Shown in pieces: positions 56,841 to 64,000 of a stretch of DNA of 64,000 bases (its first letter is position 1; every line of letters begins with the position of its first letter). The notes below the pieces were generated by a model that made no database searches, was not told where the DNA came from, and saw only the letters and a program-made list of their open reading frames with translations. This stretch comes from an uncultured Candidatus Saccharibacteria bacterium (GTDB taxonomy: Bacteria > Patescibacteriota > Dojkabacteria > SC72): NCBI GenBank assembly GCA_964514595.1, contig CAZEQZ010000001.1, forward strand, positions 331,847-395,846. Reading direction: 5' to 3'. The translations under genes were made by a program, and so were the position numbers.

Positions 56841-59632
56841 TAAAATACTTTAAATCCTACCTCTTGTTTGTACATAGGAGCTTCGCTTCCAAAAAAAGTT
56901 TCCGAAATTCTTGCGTACTTTATATCCCAAGAAACAACCAAAGTGGGATGAGAATAATTATACAATCTAAGATTTCGTTTTATAAAAATAGCAGAATCTA
57001 ACTGAGAGCTATTCCCTAAAGAAACTAAACCTCCTTTTATCTCCAAACCATCTCGAACAGCATCATTTTCGTCTGCCACCTCTATCAGTATTTGATTTTC
57101 TGCTATCATAAAACCTTCTATATAATCGTATCCGACCAAATCCCCAAAGCTTTGCCTCCCACCTTCCTTAATAAAAATGTTTTCCTTTGCAACAAATATA
57201 CATCCAACTGTCTTGTCCGCAGTGGATTCAATTATATTTGGATGTAAAATTATGTCCTTCTCAGACATTATTAAGGTATCTCTATCGCAAACAAACCCCT
57301 GTTCTACCTCAATCTGGTCTGTAGCATAGAAGAGGCAGTATCTATTTTCTCCACAGTATGTCGAAGAGGAGGAACTTAAAAGCACCTCAAAAGATTCATT
57401 TATATACATATCTCGTTCAAGTTGTTGGACATTTAATTTTCTTTTTAAATATTCGAACCAGTAGTTCTTCTTGTCATTTGAATCATATATATTTATTGCC
57501 CTGACTGCTCTACTTACTTCTGGGTGTATCAAATTAGTGATAAAATCTCCCCTAGAAGACACTAACTCTGTCCCAGTGTCTAATTCCTCTTTTAATATAT
57601 TTTTAAACACTCCTTCTAATTGTCCAACGTTAGACACATCCTTGGAGCTTGCTCCTAATCTGCCTTTTGAATATACTACTCCGCCTTTAGTCGCTATCCA
57701 AGGTCTTAAGTCTACATTGTGTGCTCTAGTAGCATCATTACAGCCCTGATCGTAGGCTGTAGCATAGATGCTAATTATCCCTCCTTCGTTGTCCCCTATG
57801 TTTATTCTGTTTTCTCCTATACTTACATATGTGGAAAGTCCTATGTTATTAAACCTCCAGCTGTTAGGATCTACGATATGACCAATTTCTTTTGAATCAG
57901 GGATTCCTTCCTCTAATACTATTTCGTTGTTTCTTCCTTCTAGAGATATAGATTTGTTTAATAAGAAATCTCCATCTCTGTATGCGTTTATAACAACATC
58001 CGTTACCAAAGATTCGGTTCCATTTATATTCCAATTAAGAAATAGTTCTCTTGGTCCTTGCGGATCTTGGCTTAAATCTATAATATTTGGAACTGAGAGA
58101 TCAATTCCCCAATCAAAATATTTCTTCATATGACTTTGATCTACTCGGCCATCCTCCAGGATCATATGTGTATCTAAAACTACACTTTTGAAATTGTATA
58201 AACCCCCTATATTGGATGAAAAATTGGCGACAAATTCTAAGTCAAATTCGAAGGATATCGTGTCTATAAGTTCCTCTATTTTAGTATATGTGATTCTTGC
58301 TATTGGATCATTTCTGTAATTTTTCAAAACATCATCTGTTATTAAACCCCACGTATTCCCATCTTCATTAATACCATATATCTCTGGTTCGTTATTCCAG
58401 GAATTATTTCTTTGAAGAATCATGATTCCTATCTCATCTACGCTTGTAGCTGTATATGTACTTGTTATCTTAGGAAGAGTTGGAGTATCATTGGATTTAC
58501 TAAACCACACGATTACTCCCTTAATCTCATTAACAGAATTTTTATCGGCTCCCATAACCCTTACCTTTAATGGGTTGTTAACTTCCAAACCGGTATAATC
58601 CTCTGTGTAGCATCCTTTAAATGAAGTTGAATCTTCTCCTCCTAGATTAGGTAAAAATTTTTTCTTCAAACACTCCTGGTCGTCTCCACATACTGTTTCA
58701 TCATCAATAATAGAAGGGTCGGAATTCTCGGGGTCTATTATATCCGGGTTGTTATTTACTCTGTAGTATGTTTCAAGTACAGGAGAATACAATTTATTAT
58801 CATCACATCTATTAACTGTGTAGTATAGTCCTCCGATCTTCCCTTCGGAACCTTGTTTTAATGTCTCCAAAATACTTTGTTCTGAAGGAGAAAAATTTTG
58901 AATATTGTCCGTTGATTCACTACAAAAATCTTCCTGATATGGATCTATACAGCTATTCCATTGAATCCATTCATCATTCACTCCATAATTGTTTGCCCTG
59001 AATATATACCCTAATTCTCTAGATGAATCCGGTTTAGTTCTAGAAGGGAGGAAAAGTTTTACATTATTTTCTATAGAGGGGTATTTAACTATTGTTGGGG
59101 AGTTTGAATTTATAGAGAGAGTGTATGACTCTTCGTCTATTATCATATTTAGAGATTCTGGGATAGATTGTGCTACATTATCCTCTATTTTGTAGCATGT
59201 ACTACGTGAGGTACAAGTATTTCCACAATCATTTTTGTATGTACAGCTAATTGGTTGAGTATCGCTACTACACAAATTATTAGGGTTAGTGGTTGAATAT
59301 CCATCGGGGCAAGAAGGAAATGTGCACGAGCCATTACAGGAGTTATCACATGGGCAACCAGTGAACACACATTCCAATTTTGCACATTTATAACTAGGAT
59401 AAACAAGCCTAGATCCACAACATGAATCTCCGCATGGATTATAACAATGAGTCCAAGGGCTAGCGCATTGATGTCCAGTCCCACCCCAGACGTAGCATGT
59501 TGTTTGTGTACATTTTAAAGAGTAACAACTCGGGCATTGTGCGTACACCTTTTGTACGTAGAAGAAAGTCAACAATACACTAAGAAGAAGAATCATTTTT
59601 ATAGATTTTATTTCTTTCCTTCTATTTCTCAT
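56840..59632 (-). CDS. Large secreted protein with Cys-rich N-terminus
   Basis: Signal peptide (VYA-Q); about 120-aa region with roughly 20 Cys; translationally coupled to neighbours. Confidence 0.8.
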   Translation of the reverse strand: MRNRRKEIKSIKMILLLSVLLTFFYVQKVYAQCPSCYSLKCTQTTCYVWGGTGHQCASPWTHCYNPCGDSCCGSRLVYPSYKCAKLECVFTGCPCDNSCNGSCTFPSCPDGYSTTNPNNLCSSDTQPISCTYKNDCGNTCTSRSTCYKIEDNVAQSIPESLNMIIDEESYTLSINSNSPTIVKYPSIENNVKLFLPSRTKPDSSRELGYIFRANNYGVNDEWIQWNSCIDPYQEDFCSESTDNIQNFSPSEQSILETLKQGSEGKIGGLYYTVNRCDDNKLYSPVLETYYRVNNNPDIIDPENSDPSIIDDETVCGDDQECLKKKFLPNLGGEDSTSFKGCYTEDYTGLEVNNPLKVRVMGADKNSVNEIKGVIVWFSKSNDTPTLPKITSTYTATSVDEIGIMILQRNNSWNNEPEIYGINEDGNTWGLITDDVLKNYRNDPIARITYTKIEELIDTISFEFDLEFVANFSSNIGGLYNFKSVVLDTHMILEDGRVDQSHMKKYFDWGIDLSVPNIIDLSQDPQGPRELFLNWNINGTESLVTDVVINAYRDGDFLLNKSISLEGRNNEIVLEEGIPDSKEIGHIVDPNSWRFNNIGLSTYVSIGENRINIGDNEGGIISIYATAYDQGCNDATRAHNVDLRPWIATKGGVVYSKGRLGASSKDVSNVGQLEGVFKNILKEELDTGTELVSSRGDFITNLIHPEVSRAVRAINIYDSNDKKNYWFEYLKRKLNVQQLERDMYINESFEVLLSSSSSTYCGENRYCLFYATDQIEVEQGFVCDRDTLIMSEKDIILHPNIIESTADKTVGCIFVAKENIFIKEGGRQSFGDLVGYDYIEGFMIAENQILIEVADENDAVRDGLEIKGGLVSLGNSSQLDSAIFIKRNLRLYNYSHPTLVVSWDIKYARISETFFGSEAPMYKQEVGFKVF

Positions 59633-61196
59633 CTGTCAGGTAAGGTTCATACTCTATAATAGTTTTTAAAAAATAAGCATTATCCTTAATATTATATTTG
59701 TCATCGTACCACAAACCTTTTTTATTTTCAGAACTATAAAAATTTTGATAGTAGGCTCTTAGCAGAAGAGATCTGACTATAGTAGTATTTTCGTTACTCA
59801 AACAAAAATACCAATTATTAAGATTATTTTCGGTTAATCTTAATATGTTTTCATCTATTCTGCTTTCAGAGAAGATGGTTTTATATGCTGATATTTGATC
59901 CATGTACTCATTACCCAGTATCTTTTTTTCTTCATTTTGGACCAATCTGAGGAAAGAATCTATCTGACATACATCTTTTAAAGCAAAATTGTCTTTTTCC
60001 ACCATGGTACTAGTAATCGCAATCAACTGTTTTTCAAACTCCATGTCTATTAGAGAACCTCCTGCAAGTTTTGTAGAATAATAAGAATCCAATAAAGAGG
60101 ATGACAAATTTGAGAATGAAAGGAAATCATATTCGAAAAATTGATACTCACCAGACGTAAACCTACTGGGTGTCAAAGATTGTAAGTAGCTTAACACATA
60201 ATTATCACCATTTAAACCGTTTGCTTTTCCTTCGAAAAGTTCTGTAGTACCATATTTTAGTTCTTCTGAAGAACAGTATTGTGCTTGTAAATACTCATCT
60301 TTATACTCCAAGTTCTCAGATATATCATAAATCATTACACAACTTAAACTATTATTAAAGTGATAAATATTCTCATTTAAAACCATAGTGAGCCCTTCGC
60401 TGATTTCAGCAACTTGACAAATGTCTGGATCCAAACATTCTGTTTGTGTGTTTTCATTATCTTTTCCATAATTAATTACATCTTCATCCTGCAATATACT
60501 TAAAAGATTCTCCTTATTAATTTCGTTTGCGGAGTTTTCCTTTACTAAGAATGACAGAGCCCACGGCGCATATAGTTGTTTATTATCTCTTCCGTTAGAA
60601 AAATAAATACTTTCTCCATCATTAAAAACTTCGGTTATAGACACTTTAGGAGATTTTTGAAACAATAAATCTTCTGATTTAGAATTCTCTATAGGGGTAG
60701 ACAAAATAGCTTCAGCAATACTATTTTTTATAAGCTCGATATCATCCTGGGAAAAATAGAGAGTGTCTATCCCTATTTTTATCTTGTTATTATCAGAGAA
60801 AAACTTGGTTAAATCAGAAATATCCTTAACAGAGGTCAATTCTAATGTTATAGCTTCATAATTTTTAAGATTTTTTATCTTATCTTTGTCAAGATGGTTG
60901 TAGGGGATCTCCAAATTCGGCAGATAAATGTTGCTTTGATCTTTGTAGTCCCATAAATTAATACCCAAAGAAACTGAATCACTAGTGTCATCTTTTATCG
61001 AATAAATCAAACCCCTCATGAGATATTTTTTCTCATAGCAGCTTTTTGAAATTATTTTGTCTTCTAAAAAAGAGTATTTTAGAGGTATTTGAATACATGA
61101 ATAAAACTTGACAGCAAAAAATGACAGAAGCAAAATTGGGAAAACAAGAAGAAACACAAATGCTTTTTTTATGAAGGTTTTTCTTTCTATGGGCAT
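59622..61196 (-). CDS. Hypothetical membrane-anchored protein
   Basis: Start at MPIERK (61196) followed by a TM segment; long open frame. Confidence 0.75.
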   Translation of the reverse strand: MPIERKTFIKKAFVFLLVFPILLLSFFAVKFYSCIQIPLKYSFLEDKIISKSCYEKKYLMRGLIYSIKDDTSDSVSLGINLWDYKDQSNIYLPNLEIPYNHLDKDKIKNLKNYEAITLELTSVKDISDLTKFFSDNNKIKIGIDTLYFSQDDIELIKNSIAEAILSTPIENSKSEDLLFQKSPKVSITEVFNDGESIYFSNGRDNKQLYAPWALSFLVKENSANEINKENLLSILQDEDVINYGKDNENTQTECLDPDICQVAEISEGLTMVLNENIYHFNNSLSCVMIYDISENLEYKDEYLQAQYCSSEELKYGTTELFEGKANGLNGDNYVLSYLQSLTPSRFTSGEYQFFEYDFLSFSNLSSSLLDSYYSTKLAGGSLIDMEFEKQLIAITSTMVEKDNFALKDVCQIDSFLRLVQNEEKKILGNEYMDQISAYKTIFSESRIDENILRLTENNLNNWYFCLSNENTTIVRSLLLRAYYQNFYSSENKKGLWYDDKYNIKDNAYFLKTIIEYEPYLTDEK

Positions 61197-61235
61197 GTTT
61201 ATTATATTACATTTGTTTCTAACCAAAAACAACAA

Positions 61236-61275
61236 CCCCATAGTATTTGCCCCCTTGTTATTATTATGATATAAT
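61236..61275 (+). promoter_or_regulatory. CCCCATAGTA immediately upstream of a sigma70 promoter
   Basis: CCCCATAGTAT-TTGCCC-17 bp-TATAAT; same architecture as 43514-43552. Confidence 0.7.
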
Positions 61276-61408
61276 TTTCTATATTTGATCACTGCTCTTT
61301 CACAAATTACAAGGTTTGATTTCGCGTTTCCATCTATTTTCTGTGTGGAGTACAAAGTATATTTTTGTATTTTTTGTTCTCTACACAGGGATTAAGAAAG
61401 GATATGTC

Positions 61409-61855
61409 ATGAAAAAGATAATTGTTTTACTTTTCTTGAGCTTAATTTTAAGCTCATCCTCTTCCCCTGTAGAAGGAGAAGAAAAATGGTTTCTAAACGA
61501 AACAAACGTCACGTTTGTGGAAACCGAGGCTGGTTGTGAGTTAACTAGCCCTGGATGGAAAGGACGATGGGATTCAGAAGCCCAAAAATGGATCTGGATC
61601 TCTGGTGGCTGGAGAACCACTGCAATTTGTCCGTCAGGACAATGTGGTTGCTCTAATCCACTAATAATTGATCCACTCACTCCTAAATGCGGAGACTCTC
61701 AACTTTTCTTTGGAGAATTCCGTGAATATCTTCATGCTGGAGAAACCAGAGTGGACCAATATATATGGGTCGGCATTTATAATTGCCAGACCAATTCCTG
61801 GATGGAAACATCTGGAGATTGGGTTCCCAAAAGGATCGGAAAAATCACCCTGTGA
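61409..61855 (+). CDS. Orphan secreted Trp/Cys-rich protein
   Basis: SD AAAGGA, signal peptide MKKIIVLL, visibly higher GC. Confidence 0.75.
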   Translation: MKKIIVLLFLSLILSSSSSPVEGEEKWFLNETNVTFVETEAGCELTSPGWKGRWDSEAQKWIWISGGWRTTAICPSGQCGCSNPLIIDPLTPKCGDSQLFFGEFREYLHAGETRVDQYIWVGIYNCQTNSWMETSGDWVPKRIGKITL

Positions 61856-61860
61856 AAGAG

Positions 61861-61940
61861 AAAAGACCCAGCCTTGAGATTGTTCTTGCCTGTGTATCTT
61901 TATGATACTTGGTATATCTCTCGGTTGGGTTCTTTTTTTT
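61861..61940 (+). terminator. Long multi-stem hairpin with U-tract
   Basis: AAAAGACCCAGCC..GAGAT..GTATC/GATAC..ATCTC..GGTTGGGTTCTTTT followed by further Ts. Confidence 0.7.
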
Positions 61941-62673
61941 ACCCAAACAAAGTACCATTCCCCCTACTAAGTACCCTATCTATATTCCATTGTAAATCAT
62001 CCTTATCTGTTAAATTACCCTTTAACCATTCTAAATACTCCCTATCCTCCTTAGCTACCTCCTCCAACGATTTTCCTGCATATTTACCAAAATTAATACT
62101 TCTAATATACGCTGGTTCCTTTGTTATTTGTATCATATTTTCTATGCTTAATTTGCTATTTTCTTGGATATACTTAAACAGATCTCTAACAAAATATACA
62201 TCACTTAGTGCATCATGTGCCGTATTATGATCCACATCTTCATTCTTGTATAACCCTAGATAGTATCTAAGATACTGAAGTGAGTAACTCTCCAAATCCA
62301 TACCGTTTTCCTCAAACATATTTCTTGCTAATTTAAACGTACATATTTTATTAGGTATCTCTATACCCTTTCTCTTTAAAACCTCAGCATCAAACTCCAC
62401 ATTATGTGCGACCCATATATACTCTTTAAGAAGCGCATCTAAATATTCATTTAGAGGTTTCTCTTCATAAATACTTTCTTCGTACGTATCATAGTTTTCT
62501 AAGAACTCGGGGGTTAGGTGATGTACAGCCATAGCAGAAAAACTAATCTTCTGCATAGGTTTAAAGTACATATTAAATACCTCCTTTGTATCATCGATTA
62601 TTGCTAATTGAATAATATCCTTGCTTTGTATATCAGTTGTTTCTGTATCAAAATACAGTAGTTTCTTCTCCAT
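61939..62673 (-). CDS. DEDDh 3'-5' exonuclease (ExoX/DnaQ-like) with C-terminal FGKY domain
   Basis: FDTETT, AHNVEFD, AHDALSD, FGKYAGK; start at 62673. Confidence 0.9.
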   Translation of the reverse strand: MEKKLLYFDTETTDIQSKDIIQLAIIDDTKEVFNMYFKPMQKISFSAMAVHHLTPEFLENYDTYEESIYEEKPLNEYLDALLKEYIWVAHNVEFDAEVLKRKGIEIPNKICTFKLARNMFEENGMDLESYSLQYLRYYLGLYKNEDVDHNTAHDALSDVYFVRDLFKYIQENSKLSIENMIQITKEPAYIRSINFGKYAGKSLEEVAKEDREYLEWLKGNLTDKDDLQWNIDRVLSRGNGTLFG

Positions 62674-62728
62674 TAGATTCCAGTATATCATTAATTTAGA
62701 AAAAGGTTGAAAGGTAGTATAATCTAGA

Positions 62729-63496
62729 ATGATTATTACAAAACCTAAAGATGAAAGAGTTTTAAGAGAGGCATGTAGTATCTCTGTCGATATACTTAAA
62801 CAATTGGGGGAAGAAATACAGATTGGGAAAACACCGTTAGACATAGATAGTAAGGCGGGATATTTGTGTAAATTATACAATGTAAAGCCTGCGTTTAAGA
62901 AGGTTAAGGGATATAACTTTAATACGTGCATCTCGGTTAACGATGTAGCTGTACATGGTGTACCAAAGGATATACCTTTAAAGGAAGGTGACTTAGTATC
63001 TATAGATTTTGGTATATACCATAAAGGTATATATACAGATCACTGCTGGACATGGAGTATTGGAGAACCAAACGAGAAGAATTTGAAATTATTAACAGCA
63101 GGAAGAAAAGCTGTTGAGAATGCAGTTTCTAAGGCTACCGTAGGGAATACAACTGGAGATTTGGGATATGAAATGATAACAGAGGCACACAATAGTGGCT
63201 TTGAGACTCTCAAGATGTTTGTTGGTCACGGTATAGGTAAAACATTGCATGATGAGCCAGAGATACTAGCATACGGGAAGAAAGGCTCTGGGACAAGGTT
63301 GGTTGATGGAATGGTGCTGTGTATAGAGTGTCAGGTTGCAGATGATGTGGGGCATGATATTAATATAGATCAAGACGGATGGTCAGCAAAAACCTTAAAT
63401 GGAGGTAATAGTGTAATGTTTGAATATATGGTTATAGTGAGGAAAGATAACCCCGTTATATTAACTGATACTCTTAACTGGGATACTGTTGTTTAG
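62729..63496 (+). CDS. map: Methionine aminopeptidase type I
   Basis: CISVND..VHGVP, IDFG, D, GHGIG..LHDEP, IE, FE. Confidence 0.95.
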   Translation: MIITKPKDERVLREACSISVDILKQLGEEIQIGKTPLDIDSKAGYLCKLYNVKPAFKKVKGYNFNTCISVNDVAVHGVPKDIPLKEGDLVSIDFGIYHKGIYTDHCWTWSIGEPNEKNLKLLTAGRKAVENAVSKATVGNTTGDLGYEMITEAHNSGFETLKMFVGHGIGKTLHDEPEILAYGKKGSGTRLVDGMVLCIECQVADDVGHDINIDQDGWSAKTLNGGNSVMFEYMVIVRKDNPVILTDTLNWDTVV

Positions 63497-63516
63497 TTTA
63501 TGATAGAATAATTCCT

Positions 63517-64000
63517 ATGGAAGATATATATGATACAGCAATAATTGGAAGTGGTCCTGCAGGGCTTAGTGCAAGCATATATGCTAGCAGATATAGATTA
63601 AAGAATGTTGTATTTGGGAAAATTATGGGAGGCACTATTGCAGATGCACATAAGCTATGTAACTATCCTGGACTTCCTGGTTTAACAGGGTTCGAAGTTG
63701 GGAAAAAGATGTATGACCATGCGAAAGAGGAAGGTGGGGAATTAGTTGCTGAGAGTGTGGTTGATATAAAGAAAGAAAATAATATTTTTAAAATAATAAC
63801 TGATTCTCAAAAAGAGTATTTCTCTAAATCTATTATTATTGCTACCGGTACTAAAAGAAACAAGCTACATATACCAAATGAGGATGAATTCTTAGGCAAG
63901 GGTGTATCATACTGCGCTACATGTGATGCCATGTTTTATAAAGATAAAACGGTTGTAGTTGTAGGGGGTAGTAATGCCGCTACGATGGCAGCAACTATGT
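63517..64000 (+). CDS. trxB: Thioredoxin reductase, 5' part (runs off the window)
   Basis: Manual translation: [19 protein letters not shown]...NYPG...ATG...[11 protein letters not shown]...VVGG. Confidence 0.9.
   Translation, partial: MEDIYDTAIIGSGPAGLSASIYASRYRLKNVVFGKIMGGTIADAHKLCNYPGLPGLTGFEVGKKMYDHAKEEGGELVAESVVDIKKENNIFKIITDSQKEYFSKSIIIATGTKRNKLHIPNEDEFLGKGVSYCATCDAMFYKDKTVVVVGGSNAATMAATM

Noticed and set aside
61513-61538. GTTTGTGGAAACCGAGG..GGTTGTG resembles the tRNA-His anticodon arm
   Set aside because: Gapped match inside an ORF with no cloverleaf; considered coincidental.
387-62230. Many 60-210 aa ORFs antisense to or inside well-supported genes
   Set aside because: They overlap recognisable genes and have no motifs of their own.
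59622-62931. Long apparent overlaps between divergent ORFs (61316-61355, 62729-62931; also 18642-18652 and 4003-4010)
   Set aside because: Artefacts of longest-ORF start calling; downstream ATGs remove the overlaps.
1-64000. Alternative genetic code (TGA = Gly)
   Set aside because: Conserved genes are full length under code 11 and TGA serves as a stop (for example at 47235 and 61855).

Overview
Low-GC, gene-dense bacterial chromosome segment read with the standard code (TGA = stop). Most housekeeping genes lack Shine-Dalgarno sequences. Gene content and style suggest a CPR/Patescibacteria genome, possibly Dojkabacteria-like (inference). Core content: a copper cluster (copA), murB/murD/murC/murE, alr, ddl, glmS, prs, pyrG, dcd, upp, a fermentation module (2-oxoacid:ferredoxin oxidoreductase, ADP-forming acetate-CoA ligase, minimal [FeFe]-hydrogenase-like protein), map, partial trxB and tRNA-His(GUG). 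Main observations not explained by the ORF track: (1) an integrase-less tandem array of single-gene cassettes downstream of tRNA-His, separated by degenerate copies of the tRNA 3' end plus an ACTATGGGG motif that also marks solitary orphan-gene cassettes elsewhere in the window; (2) a c-di-GMP-II-like riboswitch ahead of two secreted proteins with near-identical LAETG sorting signals, followed by a highly divergent sortase; (3) a variant glmS ribozyme; (4) a putative thiouracil/pyrimidine scavenging operon (ABC transporter, upp, TudS-like DUF523). All motif matches were made by eye; no searches were run.
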